64,000 nucleotides of DNA from an uncultured Alphaproteobacteria bacterium (lineage in GTDB: Bacteria; Pseudomonadota; Alphaproteobacteria; Sphingomonadales; Sphingomonadaceae). The stretch covers positions 3,212,525-3,276,524 of the forward strand of contig OY969615.1 in assembly GCA_963701615.1 (NCBI GenBank), given 5' to 3'. Position 1 is the stretch's first letter, and each line of letters opens with the position of its first letter. Both the position numbers and the translations under genes were made by a program. Below the pieces are notes generated by a model. It did no database searches, was not told the origin of the DNA, and worked only from the letters and a program-made list of their open reading frames with translations. Positions 20,431-34,030 of the stretch are shown one piece after another.

Positions 20431-21258
20431 TTATCGGGGCTTCACGAACCTCAAGGTCATGCGGTCGCTTTCGCCGATGGCGAGGTAGCGGGCGCGGTCC
20501 GCCTCGCCGAGGCGGAGCGTCGGCGGCAGCGTCCACACGCCGCGCGGCCAGTCGGCGCTGTCGTTGGGATTGGCGTTGACCTCCGACGCGCCGGCGAAGC
20601 GGAAGCCGGCCGCCTCGGCGAGCCGGCGGACGGTGGAGACCTTGACGTAGCCGCTGGTCCGCTCGCGCTCCGCATCGGCGCTTTCGGGCAGGCGGTGGTC
20701 GACCACGCCCAGCGTGCCGCCGGGCCGCAGCATGGCGTAGATCTGGCGGAACGCCTCTTCGCTATAGTCCTGGCTCTGCCGCTGATAGCCCATCCGCCAG
20801 TTATGGACGTTGCGGAAGGTGAGGACGATGTCGGCGCTGCCGTCGGGCACGCGGGTTTCGCCCGGCTCGAAGGCGGGGAAGATGGCGGGGCGGATGGCGC
20901 CGTACAGCGCCGCGTCGCGCGCGCGGATGCGGCCGATCCCCTCCTGCATGCCGGGCAGGGCCGCGGCATAATAGGTGCCGCCGCCCCGGAGCACGTAGGG
21001 CGCCAGGATCTCGGTGTACCAGCCGCCGCCGGGCCAGATCTCGACCACGGTGTCGGACGGGCGGACGCCGAAGAAGGCGAGCGTCTCATAAGGGTGGCGG
21101 TAGCGGTCGCGGGCGATGTTGGCGGGCGTGCGGCTCGGCGCGGCGATGGCGGCCCTGAGCGCGTCGTGATGGGCGGCGGCGAGGCCCTGGTCCTGGTCCA
21201 TCGAGCAGGCGGCGCCGAAAGCGAGCGCCGCGAGCATGGCGAGAGTCTGGCGGATCAT
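20431..21258 (-). CDS. secreted/lipoprotein class I SAM-dependent methyltransferase
   Basis: Signal/lipobox-like N-terminus, RD.YRHP.ETL.FFG, VEIWPGGGWYTEIL, TFRNVHNW, LRPGG, GESDRM. Confidence 0.85.
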   Translation of the reverse strand: MIRQTLAMLAALAFGAACSMDQDQGLAAAHHDALRAAIAAPSRTPANIARDRYRHPYETLAFFGVRPSDTVVEIWPGGGWYTEILAPYVLRGGGTYYAAALPGMQEGIGRIRARDAALYGAIRPAIFPAFEPGETRVPDGSADIVLTFRNVHNWRMGYQRQSQDYSEEAFRQIYAMLRPGGTLGVVDHRLPESADAERERTSGYVKVSTVRRLAEAAGFRFAGASEVNANPNDSADWPRGVWTLPPTLRLGEADRARYLAIGESDRMTLRFVKPR

Positions 21259-21304
21259 CTTCTTCTCCCTAGATAGGCTTGGAATGGGCCATGACGGAGC
21301 GGGC

Positions 21305-21499
21305 ATGACGACGCAAGGATGGATGTGGGCCGCCGCCGGCGCGGCGCTGGCGCTGGCGGTGCTGGCCGGCGTCGCGGACCGGCGGCGGTCGCGCCGCCGC
21401 GCGCTCGACGCGCCCGGCTGGGTCCCCTGGCGCGGCATCCAGGTCGCCGCCTTCTTCGCGGTGCTGCTGTTCGCGGTGCTGGCGCTCAAGGCGGCATGA
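21305..21499 (+). CDS. small two-TM membrane protein, copy 1 (GWVPWRGIQV motif)
   Basis: MTTQGWMWAAAGAALALAVLAGVADRRR...; GGAG upstream. Confidence 0.75.
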   Translation: MTTQGWMWAAAGAALALAVLAGVADRRRSRRRALDAPGWVPWRGIQVAAFFAVLLFAVLALKAA

Positions 21500-21792
21500 A
21501 TCAGACCGGCTTTCGGTTTTTCGAACCGGTCGAGGAAGCATGCGCAAGTATCAGTCCAGAACATGCTTGACATAGCATCGCTCCAACAGAATCGTGTTTC
21601 AGTCCTGACTCAGAGGCGATTTCGTATTGAGCCGCAGAAAAGAAAGCCGTATTATTCTTGTCCGACATTCTGCTTCACGTAACTTGGCGAACCCGTCTGC
21701 TGGGCGCGAGCTGGAGAGGGGCGTCGCGACAGTCGCAGGCAGGAAGAGGCTGTGCTTCAGTGGATGAGTCGGCGGGAGAGAGAGGACCAGTC

Positions 21793-22044
21793 ATGGACGA
21801 TGAGGGGATGGATGCAAGAGCCAGGGAATCGGCGGCGCCGAGCCGCGCGGCGAGCGTCAGCCTGGCTGATTTCAGCGAAGCGATTTCAAGTGGCATACTT
21901 CGCGCCCTCGACGCGCGCGAACGGGAGGGCGGCCCGGCCACGCCTCGCCACTGGGTCCTGTTCGGCGGCTGGATCGGCGACGGCATGATCGCTCCGCCGG
22001 GTCCGCCCGGCACCCCGCCCGGTGGGCAGCAGAAGTCCGGTTAG
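21793..22044 (+). CDS. 83-aa peptide resembling a RiPP precursor (helical leader SLADFSEAISSGILRAL, core-like WVLFGGWIG)
   Basis: Strong RBS GGAGAGAGAGGA; stop 3 nt before the Cys-rich gene. The functional label is inference. Confidence 0.6.
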   Translation: MDDEGMDARARESAAPSRAASVSLADFSEAISSGILRALDAREREGGPATPRHWVLFGGWIGDGMIAPPGPPGTPPGGQQKSG

Positions 22045-22047
22045 GCA

Positions 22048-22524
22048 ATGCGCGGGCGCCGGCGGCGCGGGATCTCTGCAGCACCGTTAGCCGGCGAAGG
22101 ATGGAGCGCGGGTCCGCTCTGTCCAAGCGCGCCCACGCGCGGGGACGACCACGTCGTCTTCGGCGTGGTGCTCGGCGCGGACGAGGGCCCCCGTGTGGCC
22201 TATCTGACCGAGCCGGTGGCGGCAGCGCGGGAGCTGTTGGATCGGACGGCGCCGGCTTCGCCCCACGAGGTGCTGCGGGTTGCCGCACCTTGTGCCGAGG
22301 GCCGGTGTCGTCATTTCGATGGCAGTTCGTGCACGCTTGTCGGCCGGCTCGTCGACATGCTTCCGGTGGTCGTGGAGCGGCCGCCGCCATGCAGCATCAG
22401 ACCGAGCTGCCGCTGGTGGAAGCAGGAAGGCCGCGCCGCCTGCCTCCGCTGCCCGCAGGTGGTGACGGAGAGCTTCGCCGCCTCCACCGCTTTCCAGCGC
22501 GCCGCCGAACCACCCGCGCTCTGA
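22048..22524 (+). CDS. Cys-rich hypothetical protein (8 Cys), probable metal/Fe-S binding
   Basis: LCPSAP...APCAEGRCRHFDGSSC...PPCSIRPSCRWW.QEGRAACLRCPQVVT. Confidence 0.75.
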   Translation: MRGRRRRGISAAPLAGEGWSAGPLCPSAPTRGDDHVVFGVVLGADEGPRVAYLTEPVAAARELLDRTAPASPHEVLRVAAPCAEGRCRHFDGSSCTLVGRLVDMLPVVVERPPPCSIRPSCRWWKQEGRAACLRCPQVVTESFAASTAFQRAAEPPAL

Positions 22525-22541
22525 GGGGTCCGAACGGCGTC

Positions 22542-22727
22542 GTGACAGGATGGCTGGAGGCTGCGGGCGGCGCCGCGCTGGCGCTGGCGGTGCTGGCCGG
22601 CGTCGCGGACCGGCGCCGGTCGCGGCGGCGCGCGCTCGACGCGCCCGGCTGGGTGCCCTGGCGCGGCATCCAGGTCGCCGCCTTCTTCGCGGTGCTGCTG
22701 TTCGCGGTGCTGGCGCTCAAGACCTAG
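22542..22727 (+). CDS. small two-TM membrane protein, copy 2
   Basis: 22569-22721 repeats 21338-21490 with 5 synonymous differences by hand count. Confidence 0.65.
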   Translation: MTGWLEAAGGAALALAVLAGVADRRRSRRRALDAPGWVPWRGIQVAAFFAVLLFAVLALKT

Positions 22728-22752
22728 GGCGCACCGGCAGGCTACCGGCAGG

Positions 22753-23022
22753 CTAACGCTGCGGGCGGACCGCCTGGCCGGTGTTCTGGCCCTCGGTGAT
22801 CTGGGCCGAGATCGGCAGCCCGCTCTTCGCCTGATCCTCTTCCCGCCACTGCTCCGCGGTGCGGCAGCGCCGCGGCGTGCGGATATGGCTTCCCAGGCTC
22901 TTCGTCGCGCCCCGGCATATCGGGCGATCGTTCCGGGATTGGGCGGGCGGGTCGGCGGCGAGGGCGCCGACAGCCGACAAGGTCGCCGTGAGGGCGATCA
23001 GGATGACGGATTTGCCGGCCAT
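22753..23022 (-). CDS. small secreted protein (signal peptide; ICR...GS.I...R.C.T..QW motif)
   Basis: MAGKSVILIALTATLSAVGALA|ADPP...; GGAGGGAAG RBS. Confidence 0.75.
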   Translation of the reverse strand: MAGKSVILIALTATLSAVGALAADPPAQSRNDRPICRGATKSLGSHIRTPRRCRTAEQWREEDQAKSGLPISAQITEGQNTGQAVRPQR

Positions 23023-23095
23023 GCTTCCCTCCGCAAATTCTGGCGCAAAGGTGGGGCTCCTCCGCTGGGGAGTCAACTATCGGCGAGGACGGCGA

Positions 23096-23891
23096 TCAGA
23101 GGCAGGCCTCGAGAGAGGGCTGGTCGAAGCCGAACATCTTCGCCTTTTCCAGGGTATAGGGCCGAAGGCCCATGGAGCGATATTCGCCGATGATCTTGCC
23201 GTCGGGGGTCTCGTCCAGATATTCGAATTTGAACAATTCCTGGGTGACGATGACGTCGCCTTCCATGCCGATCACCTCGGTGATGTTGGTGCAGCGGCGC
23301 GAGCCGTCGCGGAGGCGCTTGACCTGGACGATGAGGTCGACCGAATCGGCGATCTGGCGCGAGATCGCCTCCTTGGGCACCTTGATATCCGACATCATCA
23401 CCATGTTCTCCATACGCGCCAGGCATTCGCGCGGGGAGTTGGAGTGCAGCGTCGCCATCGAGCCGTCATGGCCGGTGTTCATCGCGGCGAGCAGGTCGAA
23501 ACATTCCGCGCCGCGAATCTCGCCGAGGATGATGCGGTCGGGGCGCATGCGCAGCGCGTTGACGACGAGGTCGCGGATCGAGATCGCGCCCTGGCCCTCG
23601 AGGTTGGGCGGGCGGGTTTCGAGCGGCAGCCAGTGCGGCTGCTGCAGCCTCAATTCGGCCGCGTCCTCGATGGTGAGCACGCGCTCGCCCGGGTCGATCA
23701 GCTTGGAAAGGGCGTTGAGCATGGTCGTCTTGCCCGAGCCGGTGCCGCCCGAGATGATGATGTTCATCCGCGACGCACCGGCGATCTTGAGCACGGTCGC
23801 CATCTTCTCGGAGAGCGAGCCCCAGCCGCGCATCATGTCGACGGTGATCGGCTTTTCGGAGAATTTGCGGATCGAGATGGCGGTGCCGCGC
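23096..23891 (-). pseudogene. cpaF: duplicated 3' half of cpaF (no 5' end)
   Basis: Matches 24758-25553 at offset 1662; differences seen at the stop codon, at 23115 and near 23770. Confidence 0.9.
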
Positions 23892-24043
23892 CGGCGCTGG
23901 TGCTCGTCGCCGGGCTTGCCGAATCGCGCCGCAACCGCCGACGCAGCCTCAACTCGGCGGGGTGGGTGCCGTGGCGAGGGCTTCAGGTGGCGGGATTCTT
24001 CGGCCTGCTGGCGTTCACGATGATCGCGGTGAAGGCGCACTGA
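23892..24043 (+). pseudogene. 5'-truncated divergent allele of the small membrane gene (copy 3)
   Basis: Reads LVLVAGLAESRRNRRRSLNSAGWVPWRGLQVAGFFGLLAFTMIAVKAH*; a further fragment AGWMPWRGLQV at 24054-24085. Confidence 0.75.
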
Positions 24044-24128
24044 GCATCGCGTCGCCGGCTGGATGCCGTGGCGCGGGCTTCAGGTTTTCGAAGGTGATGA
24101 CGCCGCAACGGTGCGATCGTTCCGAAGG

Positions 24129-24572
24129 TCAGTAGGCTCCACCTCGGGGCGGCCTGCAGCCGCCGGGAAAATCGGGAAACTCGATACAGCGCACCCGATG
24201 GTTCGACACCCGGAAGATAACCGGGCCTGACCAATACCTCTCCGTATTGCGCGAATAATAACGGTATGTTCCACGAACTTCATAATAGCCCGAGCACACG
24301 TTTCCGTTTGTTACTATCAGTCCGACTAATGAATTTTGAACGTAAATATAGGCATCAACCCAATATTGGGCGTCGTTTTCAAGGACGGCTATAAAGTAAT
24401 TATTGCTTTGCGCCTGGCAATTTTGCATATTGGCAAAAATAATATTGCTGTTCTGATTATAAACAGCAGCAGATGAACGAATGTGCGTGTCGGGAGTGGG
24501 GATGCCTGCATAAATCACAGCTAGGGCAGGCAATATGCTGACACCGCTTGTCATAGTCATCAACTCCCCCAT
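24129..24572 (-). CDS. low-GC orphan protein (Tyr/Asn-rich, beta-rich, possible signal peptide)
   Basis: 147-aa ORF in a visibly AT-rich patch; GGGGGAG RBS-like sequence near the start. Confidence 0.6.
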   Translation of the reverse strand: MGELMTMTSGVSILPALAVIYAGIPTPDTHIRSSAAVYNQNSNIIFANMQNCQAQSNNYFIAVLENDAQYWVDAYIYVQNSLVGLIVTNGNVCSGYYEVRGTYRYYSRNTERYWSGPVIFRVSNHRVRCIEFPDFPGGCRPPRGGAY

Positions 24573-24757
24573 CCGGCTTATTGGGTTGATGCTGCCAAGC
24601 TGAAGCGCTGGCTGCCGACTCGGATTATTCTGAATTTAGATGAGGGGGCGTGTCGTCGCAACCATCTACGCAACATAGTGACCGATCGAGCGGGCCAACC
24701 ATGCGGTTGCCCGCGTCATCGCGGCTCTGACAGGTGCTTGGGCGCCGTCCGGACGGG

Positions 24758-26284
24758 CTAGAGGCAGGCCTCGAGATAGGGCTGGTCGAAGCCGAACATC
24801 TTCGCCTTTTCCAGGGTATAGGGCCGAAGGCCCATGGAGCGATATTCGCCGATGATCTTGCCGTCGGGGGTCTCGTCCAGATATTCGAATTTGAACAATT
24901 CCTGGGTGACGATGACGTCGCCTTCCATGCCGATCACCTCGGTGATGTTGGTGCAGCGGCGCGAGCCGTCGCGGAGGCGCTTGACCTGGACGATGAGGTC
25001 GACCGAATCGGCGATCTGGCGCGAGATCGCCTCCTTGGGCACCTTGATATCCGACATCATCACCATGTTCTCCATACGCGCCAGGCATTCGCGCGGGGAG
25101 TTGGAGTGCAGCGTCGCCATCGAGCCGTCATGGCCGGTGTTCATCGCGGCGAGCAGGTCGAAACATTCCGCGCCGCGAATCTCGCCGAGGATGATGCGGT
25201 CGGGGCGCATGCGCAGCGCGTTGACGACGAGGTCGCGGATCGAGATCGCGCCCTGGCCCTCGAGGTTGGGCGGGCGGGTTTCGAGCGGCAGCCAGTGCGG
25301 CTGCTGCAGCCTCAATTCGGCCGCGTCCTCGATGGTGAGCACGCGCTCGCCCGGGTCGATCAGCTTGGAAAGGGCGTTGAGCATGGTCGTCTTGCCCGAG
25401 CCGGTGCCGCCCGAGATGATGATGTTCATCCGGCTGGCGCCGGCGATCTTGAGCACGGTCGCCATCTTCTCGGAGAGCGAGCCCCAGCCGCGCATCATGT
25501 CGACGGTGATCGGCTTTTCGGAGAATTTGCGGATCGAGATGGCGGTGCCGCGCAGGGAGAGCGGCGGGATGATGACGTTGACGCGGCTGCCGTCGGGCAG
25601 GCGGGCGTCGGCCAGAGGCGTGGTCTGGTCGACGCGGCGGCCGACCTTGTTGACGATCCGCTGGGCGATCTGGAGCAGATGCTCCTCGTCGCGGAACTGG
25701 ATCTGGGCGATCTCGAGCTTGCCCTTCTTCTCGATGTAGGTCTGGTTGGGGCCGTTGACCATGATGTCGCTGACGTCGGGGTCGCCGAGCAATTCCTCGA
25801 GCGGGCCGAGGCCGAGCAGCTCGTCGACCAGCACCTTCTCGAGCGCGAACTGCTCGCGGCGGTTCAAGTTGATCTTCAGCTCGGCGAGCACCTCGCCGAT
25901 GATCGGACGGAACTCCTCGGCGAGCTCGTCCTTGGAAAGCGTCGCGGCGGCCTCGGGATCGACCCGCTCGAGCAGGCGCGGCAGCACCTGCTCCTTGATG
26001 CGATGGATCGAGGCCTCGAAACCCTCATTCTTCGACGAGCTTTGCTCGCCCGACTGCGCCTGACGGTCGGCGAGCCGCGCCATCGCGTCGCCGCGATCGA
26101 TCATTCCGCTGGATTCGATGCCGCCCTCGTCGACCCCGAGCGCGTCGGGCTCGATCGGCGGGAACTGGCTGCCGCCTTCGTTGGGGGCGACTGGCCCGGG
26201 CCCCTTCATCGGCTTGGCGACGCCGAAGCTGGGGCGGCCGCCGCCGGTTCCGTTCGCGCCGTTGCGTCGTCCAAATGCACTCAT
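24758..26284 (-). CDS. cpaF: Tad/Flp pilus assembly ATPase
   Basis: SGGTGSGKTT Walker A, TIEDAAEL, LRMRPDRIILGEIRG, MNTGHDGSMATLH; MSAFGRR start. Confidence 0.95.
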   Translation of the reverse strand: MSAFGRRNGANGTGGGRPSFGVAKPMKGPGPVAPNEGGSQFPPIEPDALGVDEGGIESSGMIDRGDAMARLADRQAQSGEQSSSKNEGFEASIHRIKEQVLPRLLERVDPEAAATLSKDELAEEFRPIIGEVLAELKINLNRREQFALEKVLVDELLGLGPLEELLGDPDVSDIMVNGPNQTYIEKKGKLEIAQIQFRDEEHLLQIAQRIVNKVGRRVDQTTPLADARLPDGSRVNVIIPPLSLRGTAISIRKFSEKPITVDMMRGWGSLSEKMATVLKIAGASRMNIIISGGTGSGKTTMLNALSKLIDPGERVLTIEDAAELRLQQPHWLPLETRPPNLEGQGAISIRDLVVNALRMRPDRIILGEIRGAECFDLLAAMNTGHDGSMATLHSNSPRECLARMENMVMMSDIKVPKEAISRQIADSVDLIVQVKRLRDGSRRCTNITEVIGMEGDVIVTQELFKFEYLDETPDGKIIGEYRSMGLRPYTLEKAKMFGFDQPYLEACL

Positions 26285-26376
26285 GACTTCGCGGACCTCG
26301 CCTGTCGTCTCAATGTGAATTCCCCGTCGAAGTGGTGAATAAGCGGGAAACTTTGACAATTGCCTAACCCCGGACG

Positions 26377-27303
26377 ATGGACCCCAGCGACGTGCCGAGC
26401 CACACCGTCCGATCCGCCCTTGTCCTCGCCATTTGCGGCTTCGCCTCGCTCTCCGTCGGTGATGCGGTGGTGAAGTCGATGGCCGGCGCCTGGCCGGGGA
26501 CGGGGGTGGCGGCGTTGCGCTACAGCTTCGGCGCGCTGGGGCTGGCGGCGGTGGTCGCGCTCCACCACGGGCGGCGCGGGTTCGGGGTGCCGCGGCCGGG
26601 GCTCCAGCTCGGGCGCGGGGCGGCGGTGGCGCTCGCCACCATCTGCTTCTTCATGGGCGTGATGGCGATGCCGCTGGCCGACGCCACCGCCATCCAGTTC
26701 ACCAGCCCGATGCTGACCGGGATCCTGTCCGCGGTCGTGCTCGGCGAGCGGGCGCCCAGGGCGGTTTGGGGGGCGACCGCTCTGGCCTTCGCCGGGGTGC
26801 TGATCGTGCTGAGGCCGAACCTGCTGGCGCTCGGCCCGGCGGCGTTCTGGCCGCTGGGAGCGGCATTCGGCATGGCCTGGCTGATGATCTTCAACCGCAA
26901 GGCGGCCGGCCTCGCGCCGGCGCTGGCGATGCAGTTCCTGCTGGCGATCGTCGCCGCGCCGCTGCTGGTGGCCACGGCGGCCTTGCTGCACCTCTCCGGC
27001 GCGCCGGAATTCCACATCCCGGCGCCCAGCCTGGAGGTCGTGCTCAAATGCCTCGCGGTCGCGTTGTTCGCGACGATCGGCCATTTGCTGATCTATTCGG
27101 CGACGGTGCGGGCGAGCGCCGCGCTGGTCGCGCCGATGACCTATTTCCAGCTGATCCTGGCGCTGATCCTGGGCTGGGCCTGGTTCGGCAACGCGCCCGA
27201 CGCGGCGATGCTCGGCGGCGCGGCCCTGATCATCGCCGGCGGGCTGTGGCTGTGGCGCTCGCAGAAGCCGGCCGCGGCGGTCGTCGCGGAGACCCCGGAT
27301 TAG
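26377..27303 (+). CDS. DMT (EamA) family transporter
   Basis: About 10 TM helices; [26 protein letters not shown]. Confidence 0.9.
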   Translation: MDPSDVPSHTVRSALVLAICGFASLSVGDAVVKSMAGAWPGTGVAALRYSFGALGLAAVVALHHGRRGFGVPRPGLQLGRGAAVALATICFFMGVMAMPLADATAIQFTSPMLTGILSAVVLGERAPRAVWGATALAFAGVLIVLRPNLLALGPAAFWPLGAAFGMAWLMIFNRKAAGLAPALAMQFLLAIVAAPLLVATAALLHLSGAPEFHIPAPSLEVVLKCLAVALFATIGHLLIYSATVRASAALVAPMTYFQLILALILGWAWFGNAPDAAMLGGAALIIAGGLWLWRSQKPAAAVVAETPD

Positions 27304-27559
27304 GCCTCGGCGGTTTCCGCCAGCACGGTAAGGCCGCGCTCGCTGACCTCCGCGAAGCCGCCCTGGACGGCGATCCGCTCGGGCTCGCCGCCGCCGCTGC
27401 GGTAAATGGCGAGCTCGCCGTCGCGCATCGTCGACATGTAGGGCGCGTGGCCGGCCATGACGCCGAAATCGCCCTCGGTGCCGGGGACGACCACCATGTG
27501 GACCTCCTCGGAGCGGAGCAGCTTCTCCGGCGTGACCAGCTCGAAATGGAGGCCGGCCA

Positions 27560-27560
<1 letters not shown>
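27300..27560 (-). CDS. atpC: ATP synthase F1 epsilon subunit (N-terminal domain only, 86 aa)
   Basis: [28 protein letters not shown]; last gene of the atp operon. Confidence 0.93.
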
Positions 27561-29975
<2,415 letters not shown>

Positions 29976-29988
29976 CTTGTTCCTTCTC

Positions 29989-30040
29989 GCGTCCCCGCGG
30001 AGGCGGGACCCAGATCGAGCTCCCGCCTCCGCGGGAGCGC
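29989..30040. repeat. REP-like hairpin between atpA and atpG
   Basis: CCCGCGGAGGCGGGA...TCCCGCCTCCGCGGG. Confidence 0.8.
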
Positions 30041-30047
30041 ATGCTAG

Positions 30048-32213
<2,166 letters not shown>

Positions 32214-32319
32214 CTAGCAGGGGCTTTGCTGCGATGCAAGGTGGGCGGCCCGGGACCGGGCACGCAATCATTGTCGCCGCGCGCGACTTTGCCTAGCGTG
32301 GCGGGGAAGGGAGCGGGCG

Positions 32320-33183
32320 ATGGCCATTCGCGACTGGTTCAGCCGAAGCGGGCCGGCGGACGCGCCGTCCGCGCCGGCGGCGTCCGGGCAGCGCTTTCAC
32401 CAGGACCGCGACCGGATGTTCGACATCGGCGAGACGGCGGCGCTCGCCGCTTTGTTCGAGGTGCCGCGCGAGCAACGGGATTCGGGCTGGGCCGATCGCT
32501 TTTTCGATGCCGCCTGGGTAGCGTCCGTGGAGATGGCCGAGCCGCAGACGTTCCTCGGGCCGGACGGATTCCCCTATCTGCGCCTCGACATCCCGCGCCC
32601 CGACAGCGCGTTCGACTCGCAATGCCTCGCCAATCTCGCCGCCAATTGCCTCGGCCACGGCGTCGGCGCGGCTTTCTTCGCCGGCCCCGACGATCCGCCG
32701 GACGCCGCCCGGCACGTCCTCTCGCTGGGGCTGATCGACAGCCTGGTGCGCTACGATTCGCCGGACGGCGACCCGGTCGACGCCGAGGAAGCGGCGCTGC
32801 CGCCGGACGAAGGCGCTTTTTCGATCGAGCGCCGCGGCGGCGGGCGGGCGATGACGGTCGAGGAGGACCATGAGGTGCTGGTCGGCACCCCCTCGGCCGA
32901 CTATCTGCCCCCGCACCTCGCCCATTCGCTCTACGTGCACCTGACCCAGGGCTGGGGCATGGTGGAACCGACCGTGCAGCTGATCGCCGACCTCAGGATG
33001 CGCCCGCATCGCAGCCTGGTGATCGGGCGCAGGCGCAGCGAATTCCCGCCCGACGCGCCGGTCGACGCGATGGCGCAGGCACTGACCTGGCATCTCGATC
33101 CGGGGCGGATGGTGATGCTGATGCCCGAGCATTGGTCGCCGGGCCGGATGACGCCCCTGAGGAGCCTGTTCGAAGGGCGCTGA
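32320..33183 (+). CDS. conserved hypothetical protein (GPDGFPY motif)
   Basis: 287 aa, GGGAG RBS, host-like codon usage. Confidence 0.75.
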   Translation: MAIRDWFSRSGPADAPSAPAASGQRFHQDRDRMFDIGETAALAALFEVPREQRDSGWADRFFDAAWVASVEMAEPQTFLGPDGFPYLRLDIPRPDSAFDSQCLANLAANCLGHGVGAAFFAGPDDPPDAARHVLSLGLIDSLVRYDSPDGDPVDAEEAALPPDEGAFSIERRGGGRAMTVEEDHEVLVGTPSADYLPPHLAHSLYVHLTQGWGMVEPTVQLIADLRMRPHRSLVIGRRRSEFPPDAPVDAMAQALTWHLDPGRMVMLMPEHWSPGRMTPLRSLFEGR

Positions 33184-33309
33184 GCGCGCCGTGGCAAATT
33201 TCCGCGCAATGGCGGGGCCCGGCTTGAAGTCCGACCGGCGCACTGGCTATGAGGAGCCGACCGCAAGTCTCGCGGGAGAGCGCCCTGCGCTTTCGAAAGC
33301 GGGGTAAAG

Positions 33310-33927
33310 TTGATGGCGCAAGAGCATGACGAGCTGCCGGGCGGACCGCGCGACGGAAGGCCTCCGGTCCGTCCGGCCTGGCCAATTCCGGTCGCCGTTA
33401 TCGCGATGATCGTCGCGATCGGCCTTGCGTTTGTCGTGGGCCGGACGACTGCGCCCGGGGCCGAGGGGAATGGCATCGAGGAGCGTGCGACAGGCGGGCC
33501 GCCTGGCGCGACGGCGCAAGGCGTCGCAGGCGGAGGCCCGGCCGAATCGTCGACGGATCAAATGCAGGAAGCGAACAAGGACGCCGCCGCCGGACCCAGG
33601 GCGATGAGCGCTGATTTTCTGATCACGGACCGCTTGCTGGCGGACCCGCCCAGCTATGAGGATCTTCAGGCCGAGGCCGTCACGACATCGGTTTGCTTCG
33701 GCGACCCGCTTCGGATCGCCAACGTCTCATCGCAGCGAGTGGGGCTGATCGATACGCCGGCGGAGAGCGACGCGAGCGCGCAGCTCGGCTTCGTCGATCC
33801 CGGCGCCGTCTTCACCATGGAGCCCCAGGAAGCCGGCACCTTCTTCATCTCCGCGGCCGGCGTCGACGGATTGCTCTTTCGCTATTCCGCCGCACCCTGT
33901 CCCCGCGGCCGCCCGGCCGCGCGGTAA
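33310..33927 (+). CDS. hypothetical membrane-anchored protein
   Basis: Single TM helix, low-complexity linker, beta-rich C-terminal domain with two Cys. Confidence 0.6.
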   Translation: MMAQEHDELPGGPRDGRPPVRPAWPIPVAVIAMIVAIGLAFVVGRTTAPGAEGNGIEERATGGPPGATAQGVAGGGPAESSTDQMQEANKDAAAGPRAMSADFLITDRLLADPPSYEDLQAEAVTTSVCFGDPLRIANVSSQRVGLIDTPAESDASAQLGFVDPGAVFTMEPQEAGTFFISAAGVDGLLFRYSAAPCPRGRPAAR

Positions 33928-34030
33928 CGCCCTGGTCCCGGGAACGACCGGCCCGCTTTGAAAGCAAGGACCGGGACGCAAGCTTTCCTCGAAGGCGGCA
34001 AAAGGGCCGCCTGTTCGAGGAGAAAAGACG

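Noticed and set aside
23096-24040. 314-aa ORF as a novel CpaF variant
   Set aside because: Its N-terminus is the antisense reading of the small membrane gene fragment fused to the duplicated cpaF end.
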